This document shows, piece after piece, positions 1-8,604 of a stretch of DNA of 29,230 bases. Each line of letters opens with the position of its first letter. Positions within the stretch are counted from its first letter, which is position 1. A model generated the notes under the pieces. The model ran no database searches, was not told where the DNA came from, and worked only from the letters and a program-made list of their open reading frames with translations. The position numbers and the translations under genes are program-made. Source of the DNA: Pseudomonadota bacterium (GTDB lineage: Bacteria; Desulfobacterota; Desulfobacteria; Desulfobacterales; RPRI01); contig JBDRRF010000090.1 in the NCBI GenBank assembly GCA_043825875.1, forward strand, positions 1 through 29,230, written 5' to 3'.

Positions 1-141
1 AGCCACTTTCAAAACGTTTCAGTTTGGTCAAGCTCAAGGCGGGCGAAAATTTCAACCACAGGAATACATTTAGTATTTCGAGGATTGAAATTTGAGCCCA
101 ACGCAGAGATCGGCCAAAATGGGGCGTTTTGAAACTGGCTC
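1..141. mobile_element. MITE-like palindromic element, copy 1 (first base cut off by the window edge)
   Basis: Near-identical to 16769..16910. Terminal inverted repeats (G)AGCCACTTTCAAAACG / CGTTTTGAAACTGGCTC. Non-coding and internally self-complementary. Confidence 0.85.
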
Positions 142-153
142 TAATAAAATATA

Positions 154-190
154 AAAACCCGTTATTGGTATTATTACAATAACGGGTTTT
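154..190. terminator. Probable bidirectional intrinsic terminator
   Basis: Perfect 14-bp stem AAAACCCGTTATTG / CAATAACGGGTTTT with a 9-nt loop and A/T tails on both sides. Confidence 0.6.
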
Positions 191-323
191 GTATTTGTTG
201 CACAAAATATTTCTTGACGATCACATCTTTAATGCACATCATTGTATCATAAATAAGTTTTCATAATATATGTATTATATTTGCGAAAGATTGTACGCAT
301 ACTAATAAATAAGGATAAATAAA

Positions 324-1280
324 ATGCACGTACATTCTCTTGAGACCTGGCAGCATAGTCATGATTTTGCAGTTATTCATGAAAAAGGCGAACGGTGGAC
401 CTTGCAGGTTTTAATCATGACGGCTGTTACAATGGTTGTTGAAATAATTGCCGGTGTTGTATTCGGTTCCATGGCTTTGCTGGCCGACGGTTGGCACATG
501 GGAACTCATGTTGCTGCTTTCCTGATAGCATTATTTGCATATAGATACGCAAAAAAACACGAGAATGATCCATTGTTTACTTTCGGTACCGGCAAGGTGA
601 GCGTTTTAGGCGGATTTACAAGCGCTGTGACTTTGGCTGTAGTTGCTTTGGTGATGTCTATTGAATCAATACAGCGAATTATAAATCCGCAGCAAATACA
701 TTTCAACGAAGCGATTGGGGTTGCAATACTTGGCTTGTTTGTTAATATTATATGCGCATATATATTGCAGGGCCGTCATGATCATTCACATGGAAAAAAT
801 AAGCAAAAACATGATCACCAGCATGACCATAATTTAAAAGCAGCATATTTTCATGTATTGGCAGATGCTTTGACTTCATTGCTTGCAATTGTAGCGCTTT
901 TTTCCGGAAAAATGTTCGGTTGGAATCGACTTGATCCGGTAATGGGTATTGTCGGAGCTTTGGTCATAACCCGCTGGTCATATAGTCTGCTGAAAGAAAC
1001 CGGTCCGATTCTGTTGGATAAAAATATTGAAGAAAAACAAAGGGCTGAAATAAAAACTAAAGTGGAATCGGACTCGGACAATCAAATTTCCGATCTTCAT
1101 TTATGGAAAGTAGGACCTAATGATTATGCAGTTGTAATTTCTTTGGTTACGCACTTTCCAAAATCTGTGGAACATTACAAGGGGCTGCTGAAAAACATAC
1201 ATAATTTATCTCATATTACAATTGAAGTAAACCAATGTATGGGAGAACAGTGTGTTGTTCCGAAACCAACAACAATGTAG
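324..1280 (+). CDS. dmeF: CDF-family Co(II)/Ni(II) efflux transporter, DmeF-like
   Basis: SMALLADGWHM and HVLADALTS CDF motifs, His-rich loop (HDHSH...HDHQHDH), about 6 TM segments, C-terminal DLHLW dimerisation domain. Confidence 0.88.
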   Translation: MHVHSLETWQHSHDFAVIHEKGERWTLQVLIMTAVTMVVEIIAGVVFGSMALLADGWHMGTHVAAFLIALFAYRYAKKHENDPLFTFGTGKVSVLGGFTSAVTLAVVALVMSIESIQRIINPQQIHFNEAIGVAILGLFVNIICAYILQGRHDHSHGKNKQKHDHQHDHNLKAAYFHVLADALTSLLAIVALFSGKMFGWNRLDPVMGIVGALVITRWSYSLLKETGPILLDKNIEEKQRAEIKTKVESDSDNQISDLHLWKVGPNDYAVVISLVTHFPKSVEHYKGLLKNIHNLSHITIEVNQCMGEQCVVPKPTTM

Positions 1281-1340
1281 AGTATTGTTTGCCGTATTTG
1301 ATAGGTAAGAAATGCAAAAAATAAAAAAAGGGGATAAATA

Positions 1341-1712
1341 ATGAGTTTAGATTCGCAAGGTGTAAACATTGACGTAAAAATGGATAAAGATAACCTTTAC
1401 GTGGAGGAATCTTTTTCCGATTTAACATCCGGTTATATCAGAAGGCTTATGCCTGTAACACAAGACGGTTTGCCGGATACAACAAGAAAGACAATTTTTA
1501 TCGCACAGACTCAGGTTATGACGCAAGGCGGGCCTTTACCTATTCAGGGTCCGATAGAAGCAGATAATCTAAAAGATGCTTTGGAAAAATTTCCAGATGC
1601 AGTGAATGCTGCTATTGAACAACTTATAGAAAGATCAAATGAAATGCGGCGTGAGGAAGCTTCCAAGATAGTTGTACCGGGTTCTGAAGTAAGCAGTATT
1701 TTTACAAAATAA
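1341..1712 (+). CDS. Conserved hypothetical cytoplasmic protein
   Basis: 123-aa ORF with an RBS-like GGGA upstream and soluble composition; alternative start at 1380. Confidence 0.7.
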   Translation: MSLDSQGVNIDVKMDKDNLYVEESFSDLTSGYIRRLMPVTQDGLPDTTRKTIFIAQTQVMTQGGPLPIQGPIEADNLKDALEKFPDAVNAAIEQLIERSNEMRREEASKIVVPGSEVSSIFTK

Positions 1713-1765
1713 ATTTCTTCATAACAACATACTTTTGCCATATTTTTATATAATAAGGAAAGTAT

Positions 1766-2458
1766 ATGCCGAAGGAAAAAATTATGGTGGTTGATGATGA
1801 GGAAGATATACTCGAACTCATCAGACATAACCTTGCCAGAGAAGGATACAGGATTGTTTGTGCCTCTGATGGTGAGAGCGCAGTAAATATGGCTAAAACC
1901 GAAAAGCCGGATGTGATTGTGCTTGATTTGATGCTGCCCGGTATAGACGGTCTTGAAGTAGCAAAAAAACTGAAATATAACCAACAAACACGCAATATTC
2001 CGATTGTCATGCTAACCGCAAAAGGAGAAGATGCGGATATTGTAACCGGTTTGGAGATAGGTGCGGATGACTATATTACAAAGCCTTTTAGTCCGCGTGT
2101 ATTGATAGCGAGGATCAGGGCAGTCATCCGCCGTCAAAATCAGAAAGAAGATACCGAAAGCGATTTACTACTTATTCATGATCTTACAATAGATAATGAT
2201 AAAAGAAGTGTTTTGGCGGGCGACAAAGAGGTTGAGCTGACGTTTACTGAGTTTCAGGTGCTTTGCTGCCTGGCAAAACGGCCCGGATGGGTTTTTACCC
2301 GCTCTCATATTGTAGATATGGTTCGCGGCAGTGACTATCCTGTTACCGATCGCAGTGTGGATGTGCAAATTGTGGGTTTGCGTAAAAAACTGGGTGTGTG
2401 TGGCGATTATATTGAAACCGTCAGAGGAGTTGGATATCGTTTCAGGGAGAAGCCTTGA
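1766..2458 (+). CDS. phoB: OmpR/PhoB-family response regulator of the phosphate regulon
   Basis: Receiver motifs VVDDE, LDLMLP, GADDYITKPF; winged helix RSVDVQI...ETVRGVGY; next to phoR and pst genes. Confidence 0.92.
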   Translation: MPKEKIMVVDDEEDILELIRHNLAREGYRIVCASDGESAVNMAKTEKPDVIVLDLMLPGIDGLEVAKKLKYNQQTRNIPIVMLTAKGEDADIVTGLEIGADDYITKPFSPRVLIARIRAVIRRQNQKEDTESDLLLIHDLTIDNDKRSVLAGDKEVELTFTEFQVLCCLAKRPGWVFTRSHIVDMVRGSDYPVTDRSVDVQIVGLRKKLGVCGDYIETVRGVGYRFREKP

Positions 2459-4239
2459 ACAAAAGAGGTAAAACAAAAAAACTTTTCTGGAAGCTTTATC
2501 CGACATATTTGCTGATATCTGTTATTTCGGTAGTTGCGGTAAGCTGGTATGCATCCAGCTCCATGCGCGAATATTTTTTGAAACAAACCCAGACATACCT
2601 TAAAACAAGAGGGTATCTACTTGAAAAACAGATTAAGCCGCATCTGTTTCCTCTTAATACTTCATTTATCGATTCGATATGTAAAAGAGACGGGCGGCTT
2701 ACCGATACCCGCTTTACTGTAATACTTACAAACGGTGAAGTAGTTGGTGATACGCAGGAAAATCCTGACAATATGGATAATCACCGTAATCGCCCGGAAG
2801 TGCAGCAGGCAATAAAAGAAGGCCTGGGAAGTTCTTTTCGATACAGCAGAACCCTTCATCAGAAAATGATGTATGTGGTAATTCCGGTAAAAAAAGGCAA
2901 TGAAATTATCGCATTTATCAGAGCATCGCTTTCAATATCTTCCATTGATGAAACCTTATGCCATATTTATAGAAGTATTGCATGGGGAGGACTGTTTATA
3001 GCGCTTTTTGCTGCTGCATTAAGTTATCTTGCCTCTCGATATGTAAGTCGTCCTATTGAAGAAATAAGAAATGGAGCAAAACGTTTTACTGAAGGTGATT
3101 TGAAATATCGTCTGCCCTCAATTGAGACGGAAGAACTCGAAAGCCTTTCGACATCATTAAATCATATGGCCGGGCAGCTGGAAGAAAAAATTGAAAATTC
3201 GAACCGGCAGCAAAATCAGCTTCAAGCAGTATTAACCAGCATGGTGGAAGGTGTTGTAGCTGTTGACAAAGAAGAACGTATTATAAGCGTTAATCAGGCT
3301 GCAGCAAAAATATTTGAGAGCAGTACTGAAGAATTGCAGGGGCGACTGATTCAGGAAGTAATCAGAAATCGGGATTTACAGGGGTTTGTTAAAAAGGCGC
3401 TTTTAAATGAAGCTCGTGTTGAGCAGGATATCTTCTTTTATAAAAACGGTGAGCGTATTATTAATGCTTACTGTAATCCCTTGCAGGATATAGATGGAAA
3501 GCAAATCGGAACGCTTGTTGTAGTATATGATGTTACTCATCTAAGGCGGCTTGAAAATATCCGAAAAGATTTTGTTGCAAATGTCTCCCATGAAATCAAG
3601 ACGCCGCTTACTGCTATAAAGGGATTTGTTGAAACTCTTCAACAGGGAGCTTTTGATAATCCGGAAGAATCCAGGCGTTTTTTGCAAATCATTTCCAAAC
3701 ATGTTAAACGCCTGAATTCAATTGTTGATGATCTGTTAAGTCTTTCAAGGTTGGAACAGAAAGATAAACAACTGCAGCTTAAATTAGAAACCATTCAAAT
3801 CAGGCACATCCTGATATCGGCAATTCAATTGTGCCAGCCAAAAGCAGATGATAAACATATTATCATTGATCTTGATTGCAAAGAAGAACTGACAGCTAAA
3901 CTTGATCCCAACTTATTTGAGGAAGTTTTTGTAAATCTGATTGATAATGCTATCAAATACAGTCCTGAAGGAAAAATTGTTAAAATTACAACTGAAGAAA
4001 AAGATTCAAATATAGCGATTCATTTTATGGATCAGGGTGTTGGTATTGACAAACAGTATTTGGATCGTCTTTTTGAAAGGTTTTACCGTGTTGATGCGGC
4101 GCGCAGCCGCAATCTGGGAGGGACCGGCTTGGGGCTTGCGATTGTAAAGCATATTCTCCAGCTCCACGGGGGGCACATTATAGTAGAAAGCACACCCGGT
4201 GCGGGAAGCACCTTCAGTATTTTTCTGCCGAAAACATAA
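2455..4239 (+). CDS. phoR: Phosphate sensor histidine kinase (TM-HAMP-PAS-HisKA-HATPase), TTG start
   Basis: DFVANVSHEIKTPLT H-box, NLIDNAIKY N-box, FERFYRVD, GGTGLGL; overlaps phoB by 4 bp. Confidence 0.92.
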   Translation: MNKRGKTKKLFWKLYPTYLLISVISVVAVSWYASSSMREYFLKQTQTYLKTRGYLLEKQIKPHLFPLNTSFIDSICKRDGRLTDTRFTVILTNGEVVGDTQENPDNMDNHRNRPEVQQAIKEGLGSSFRYSRTLHQKMMYVVIPVKKGNEIIAFIRASLSISSIDETLCHIYRSIAWGGLFIALFAAALSYLASRYVSRPIEEIRNGAKRFTEGDLKYRLPSIETEELESLSTSLNHMAGQLEEKIENSNRQQNQLQAVLTSMVEGVVAVDKEERIISVNQAAAKIFESSTEELQGRLIQEVIRNRDLQGFVKKALLNEARVEQDIFFYKNGERIINAYCNPLQDIDGKQIGTLVVVYDVTHLRRLENIRKDFVANVSHEIKTPLTAIKGFVETLQQGAFDNPEESRRFLQIISKHVKRLNSIVDDLLSLSRLEQKDKQLQLKLETIQIRHILISAIQLCQPKADDKHIIIDLDCKEELTAKLDPNLFEEVFVNLIDNAIKYSPEGKIVKITTEEKDSNIAIHFMDQGVGIDKQYLDRLFERFYRVDAARSRNLGGTGLGLAIVKHILQLHGGHIIVESTPGAGSTFSIFLPKT

Positions 4240-4265
4240 AGAGCAATAATTTTATACTTATAAAT

Positions 4266-4310
4266 TTCTAACTATAGCTTAACTCTTTTCTAACAATTAC
4301 ACTCTATATT
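4266..4310 (+). promoter_or_regulatory. Pho-box array 1 plus candidate -10 element
   Basis: TAAC at 4269, 4280 and 4291 (exact 11-bp period); TATATT at 4305. Confidence 0.65.
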
Positions 4311-4391
4311 CATAAACATTAAATCGATTCCGGTTTAAATAACGGAAAGGTATTGAAACAATGATATTATGAAAGAAGGGGGTGGTAATGG

Positions 4392-4446
4392 TTTTAACTC
4401 ATATCTAATACTATTCTAACAAAATTCTAACAAACAACTGTAATAT
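4392..4446 (+). promoter_or_regulatory. Pho-box array 2 plus candidate -10 element of pstS
   Basis: TAAC/TAAT at 4395, 4406, 4417 and 4428 (11-bp period, TTCTAAC twice); TAATAT at 4441. Confidence 0.75.
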
Positions 4447-4477
4447 TGCCATCTAAATAATTGGAGGAGAAATTATT

Positions 4478-5293
4478 ATGAAAAAATCAGTTTTTATAAG
4501 TGTTATTTTAGCAGTGTTGTTTTGTACAGCCGGTATTGTTTTTGCCGGTAAAGTGGTTATCAAAGGCTCAACAACGGTTTTGCCTATTGCCCAGAAAGCA
4601 GCCGAAGCTTTCATGAAAGAAAACCCTGAGGTTTCCATTTCAATTTCAGGCGGTGGTTCAGGTAACGGCATGAAAGCCCTTATTGACAAAACAACAGATA
4701 TTGCCGACAGCTCGCGGTTTATTAAAGATAAAGAAGTAAAGCTGGCTGTGGAAAAAGGCGTGTATCCGGTTCCTTTTGCCGTTGCTTATGATTGTATTGT
4801 GCCTGTTGTAAATCCCTCAAATCCGGTTAAAGATATCAGCATAGACAAACTGAAAGCTGTTTATAAAGGTGAAATTAAGAACTGGAAGGAATTAGGCGGA
4901 GACGACAGGAAGGTAGTGGTGATTTCCCGCGATACTTCTTCAGGTACTTATGAAGTATGGGAAGACAAAGTAATGAAAAAGGAAAGAGTGTATCCCGGCG
5001 CTTTATTGCAGGCCTCCAATGGGGCTGTTGCCCAGGCTGTTGCAAAAAATAAAAATGCTATCGGATACATCGGTGTAGGGTATATAAACAAGGATGTAAA
5101 GCCTTTGACGGTAAACGGTATACAAGGCAATCCCAAAACCGCTCTTGAAGGTTCATTTCCAATAAGCAGGGCTCTTTATATGTTCACGCCTGGCTGGCCG
5201 GAAGGTGATGTGGCTAATTTTATCAACTATGTTTTAAATCCGGAAAAAGGTCAAAAACTGGTTGAAGAAGTTGGATTTGTACCTTTATATTAG
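4478..5293 (+). CDS. pstS: Phosphate ABC transporter substrate-binding protein
   Basis: Signal peptide; GSTTV, GGGSGNG and SRDTSSGT motifs; GGAG RBS. Confidence 0.95.
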   Translation: MKKSVFISVILAVLFCTAGIVFAGKVVIKGSTTVLPIAQKAAEAFMKENPEVSISISGGGSGNGMKALIDKTTDIADSSRFIKDKEVKLAVEKGVYPVPFAVAYDCIVPVVNPSNPVKDISIDKLKAVYKGEIKNWKELGGDDRKVVVISRDTSSGTYEVWEDKVMKKERVYPGALLQASNGAVAQAVAKNKNAIGYIGVGYINKDVKPLTVNGIQGNPKTALEGSFPISRALYMFTPGWPEGDVANFINYVLNPEKGQKLVEEVGFVPLY

Positions 5294-5299
5294 AGAATT

Positions 5300-6199
5300 A
5301 TGAAAATGATAAATATCCGGCAATTTAAAGATAAATGGCTGCATCGCTTGTTTTTTTGTATTGCGACAGCGTCTATTGCAATTCTTGTTATGATTTCACT
5401 GTTTCTTTTTATGGAAGGGCTGCCGATTTTCCAAAAGGTAAGTGTCACCGATTTTATATTCGGTAAATACTGGTATCCCACTTCAGATCCGCCGGATTTT
5501 GGAATTTTCCCATTAATTATAGGTTCAATTGCAGTGACTGTTATTTCGGCCATGATGTCAATCCCTTTAGGGGTGATGACTGCAATATATCTGGCCGAAA
5601 TAGCTTCAAGTAAAGTCAGAGAAATCGTAAAACCTGTTGTGGAGCTTCTTGCCGCTTTACCTTCTGTAGTAATTGGATTTTTTGGAATGGTTGTTGTTGC
5701 TCCTTTTTTACAAAACATTTTAGATGTTCCAACCGGCTTGAATTTATTTAATGCTGCTTTAATGCTTGCCTTTATGTCGATACCTACAATTTGCAGCATA
5801 TCCGAAGATGCCATTTTCAGTGTTCCTGTAGCATTAAAAGAAGCCTCATTATCTTTAGGCGCCACACACTGGGAAACGATTATCAGGGTTATTCTGCCGG
5901 CCTCAATTTCAGGGATCAGTACGGCAGTTATACTTGGTATGTCACGGGCAATCGGAGAAACTATGGTTGTATTAATGGTTGCAGGCGGTGCCGCAATGAT
6001 TCCGACCGGCATTTTTGATCCGGTTCGACCGATGCCTGCAAGCATAGCAGCTGAAATGGCGGAAGCGCCATTTCGCGGCGATCATTACTATGCCCTTTTT
6101 GCAACCGGAATCGTGCTTTTTCTTTTTACTCTTATGTTTAACCTGATTGCCGATCATATTGCAAATAAGTATAGGCAAACGGGTGAGGCATCCCTATAA
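5300..6199 (+). CDS. pstC: Phosphate ABC transporter permease PstC
   Basis: ELLAALPSVVIG, EAA loop (EASLSLGAT), SRAIGETM. Confidence 0.95.
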   Translation: MKMINIRQFKDKWLHRLFFCIATASIAILVMISLFLFMEGLPIFQKVSVTDFIFGKYWYPTSDPPDFGIFPLIIGSIAVTVISAMMSIPLGVMTAIYLAEIASSKVREIVKPVVELLAALPSVVIGFFGMVVVAPFLQNILDVPTGLNLFNAALMLAFMSIPTICSISEDAIFSVPVALKEASLSLGATHWETIIRVILPASISGISTAVILGMSRAIGETMVVLMVAGGAAMIPTGIFDPVRPMPASIAAEMAEAPFRGDHYYALFATGIVLFLFTLMFNLIADHIANKYRQTGEASL

Positions 6200-6219
6200 A
6201 CCGATAATAGGAAACAGGC

Positions 6220-7119
6220 ATGGATGCCAAAGCAGACCGGAACATAGTCAAAAAAGCAGCACCCTATTTAAGGCGAAAACGTGTGCTGACTCAAACAATC
6301 ACGTTTTTTTTCTTTCGCTCTGCTGCATTGATTAATGGATTGGCGTTAATTATTATACTCTATTTTGTTATATCCAATGGCTGGCGAGCTATTAACTGGA
6401 CGTTTTTATCACAGCCGCCTATGGATTCCATGACAAAAGGAGGTATATTCCCCTGTATTGTAGGTACATTGGCTTTAAGTATCGGGGCTTTGATTTTCTC
6501 TTTTCCGATCGGGGTGTCATCTGCTATTTATCTTAATGAATATGCACGACCGGGGCGCGTCTTAAGAATAATCCGCCTTGGGATTAATAATCTTGCAGGT
6601 GTGCCATCAGTGGTTTTCGGACTTTTCGGGTTAGCGTTTTTTGTAATTTATCTTAAACTTGGAGTCAGTCTGCTGGCTGGTGCTCTTACATTGGGCGTGA
6701 TGAATCTTCCCATAGTTATCGGAGCATCAGAAGAAGCATTAAAGGGTGTTCCAAAATCATACAGGGAGGCATCGCTGGGTTTGGGGGCCACCAAACTGCA
6801 AACAATATTTAGAGTAGTATTGCCTGCGGCGCTACCAGGCATCTTAACAGGCGCGATACTTGGAATAGGAAGGGCGGCAGGTGAAACTGCCCCGATTATG
6901 TTTACAGCCGCCGTCTTTTTTTCACCGCGCCTGCCCAAATCGGTTTTTGATGAAATCATGGCATTACCATATCATATTTATGTTCTTGCTACTGCCGGAA
7001 CGGAAATTGAAAAAACCCGGCCTTTGCAATATGGTACTTCTTTAGTGCTGATAGCGCTTGTGCTTGGGATAAATCTTGCAGCAATTATTTACCGTTCACG
7101 TCTCAGGCGAAAAAGATAG
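6220..7119 (+). CDS. pstA: Phosphate ABC transporter permease PstA
   Basis: [34 protein letters not shown]. Confidence 0.95.
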   Translation: MDAKADRNIVKKAAPYLRRKRVLTQTITFFFFRSAALINGLALIIILYFVISNGWRAINWTFLSQPPMDSMTKGGIFPCIVGTLALSIGALIFSFPIGVSSAIYLNEYARPGRVLRIIRLGINNLAGVPSVVFGLFGLAFFVIYLKLGVSLLAGALTLGVMNLPIVIGASEEALKGVPKSYREASLGLGATKLQTIFRVVLPAALPGILTGAILGIGRAAGETAPIMFTAAVFFSPRLPKSVFDEIMALPYHIYVLATAGTEIEKTRPLQYGTSLVLIALVLGINLAAIIYRSRLRRKR

Positions 7120-7144
7120 TAATCATAAAATAAGGAAAGGAATT

Positions 7145-7930
7145 TTGAGTATAACTGATAAAACAGATACGAATAAGACTTTAAAAATAGCATCAAAAAA
7201 CCTTAATTTTTTTTATGGTAAATTTAAAGCTCTTAATAACATATCACTGGAATTTTATGAAAATCAGGCTTTTGCCCTTATAGGGCCGTCCGGCTGCGGG
7301 AAAAGTACATTTCTTCGGTGTTTAAACCGCATGAATGATTTGATTCCGCATTCGCGTGTGGAAGGCGAGTTGCTTTTGGACGGAGAAAATATTTATACAC
7401 CTTCTGTTGATGTGGTTTCCCTGAGAAGCCGCATTGGTATGGTTTTTCAGAAGCCAAATCCTTTTCCAAAAACCATTTTTGAAAATGTAGCTTATGGGCT
7501 CAGAGTCCAGGGTATTCGCGATAAGGCTTTTCTCGAAGAAAGTGTTATCAAATCTCTCAAACGCTCGGCATTGTGGGATGAAGTAAAAGACAGATTGCAT
7601 GCATCAGCATTAGGGCTATCGGGTGGTCAGCAACAGCGTTTATGTATTGCAAGAGCTTTAGCGGTTGAGCCTGAAGTACTGCTTATGGATGAGCCCTGTT
7701 CGGCCTTAGATCCGATTGCTACACAAAAGATTGAAGAACTGATTAATGAATTAAAAGAATTTTTTACCATTATAATTGTTACCCATAACATGCAGCAGGC
7801 TGCAAGAGTTTCCGATATTACCGCATTTTTTTATATGGGAGAACTCATCGAGGTCGGAGATACGGATACCCTTTTTACCCGGCCGAAATTAAAAAAAACG
7901 CAAGATTATATTACAGGTCGATTCGGTTGA
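7145..7930 (+). CDS. pstB: Phosphate ABC transporter ATPase. Likely start is TTG 7145; the ORF is open from 7076.
   Basis: [29 protein letters not shown]-terminal [20 protein letters not shown] before 7145. Confidence 0.95.
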   Translation: MSITDKTDTNKTLKIASKNLNFFYGKFKALNNISLEFYENQAFALIGPSGCGKSTFLRCLNRMNDLIPHSRVEGELLLDGENIYTPSVDVVSLRSRIGMVFQKPNPFPKTIFENVAYGLRVQGIRDKAFLEESVIKSLKRSALWDEVKDRLHASALGLSGGQQQRLCIARALAVEPEVLLMDEPCSALDPIATQKIEELINELKEFFTIIIVTHNMQQAARVSDITAFFYMGELIEVGDTDTLFTRPKLKKTQDYITGRFG

Positions 7931-7945
7931 AAATGAGGTGATTAA

Positions 7946-8602
7946 ATGACTAAACGTTTTCAAAAAGAGCTTGAAAAGATTAAAAAACTGATTCTTTCTC
8001 TTGGTGCCCTGGCTGAAGAAGAGTTTCGGATGGCTGTTAAAGCCATCGAATTAAAGGATGCTGAAATTGCCCAAAAAATTATTAAAGATGATTATAAAAT
8101 AGATGATATGGAAGTTGAGATTGAAGAAGAATGCCTGAAAGTGTTGGCACTGCATCAGCCAGTGGCAGTAGATCTAAGATTTATTGTAGCAGTGATTAAA
8201 ATAAATAATGATCTTGAAAGAATAGGCGATGAAGCAGTCAATATAGCAGAGCGGGTAGAAAGTCTGGCAAAACGTAAAAGCACAACCTATTACTATGATT
8301 ATACTACAATGTCCAAAAAAGTTGAGACAATGTTAAAAATGAGCCTGGATGCACTGGTAAACCTTGATATAGATTTAGCTTTTAAAGTGCTGACAAAAGA
8401 TGATGAAGTCGATGCTATTCAAAGTGAGGTCTACCGGATTACAAAGCAGGCCCTGCAGAAGAATAACGATGATGTAGCTTATTTAATTAATCAGTTTTTA
8501 ATTTCACGTCATCTTGAAAGAATTGCAGATCATGCCACAAATATTGCAGAAGAAGTAATCTATCTTGTTGAGGGTGAAATAGTAAGACACGGGAGATATT
8601 AG
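7946..8602 (+). CDS. phoU: Phosphate signalling protein PhoU
   Basis: QPVAVDLR, DLERIGD, HLERIADHATNIAE motifs. Confidence 0.95.
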   Translation: MTKRFQKELEKIKKLILSLGALAEEEFRMAVKAIELKDAEIAQKIIKDDYKIDDMEVEIEEECLKVLALHQPVAVDLRFIVAVIKINNDLERIGDEAVNIAERVESLAKRKSTTYYYDYTTMSKKVETMLKMSLDALVNLDIDLAFKVLTKDDEVDAIQSEVYRITKQALQKNNDDVAYLINQFLISRHLERIADHATNIAEEVIYLVEGEIVRHGRY

Positions 8603-8604
8603 TG

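Noticed and set aside
7076..7144. N-terminal extension of PstB
   Set aside because: Overlaps pstA; a better RBS precedes TTG 7145.
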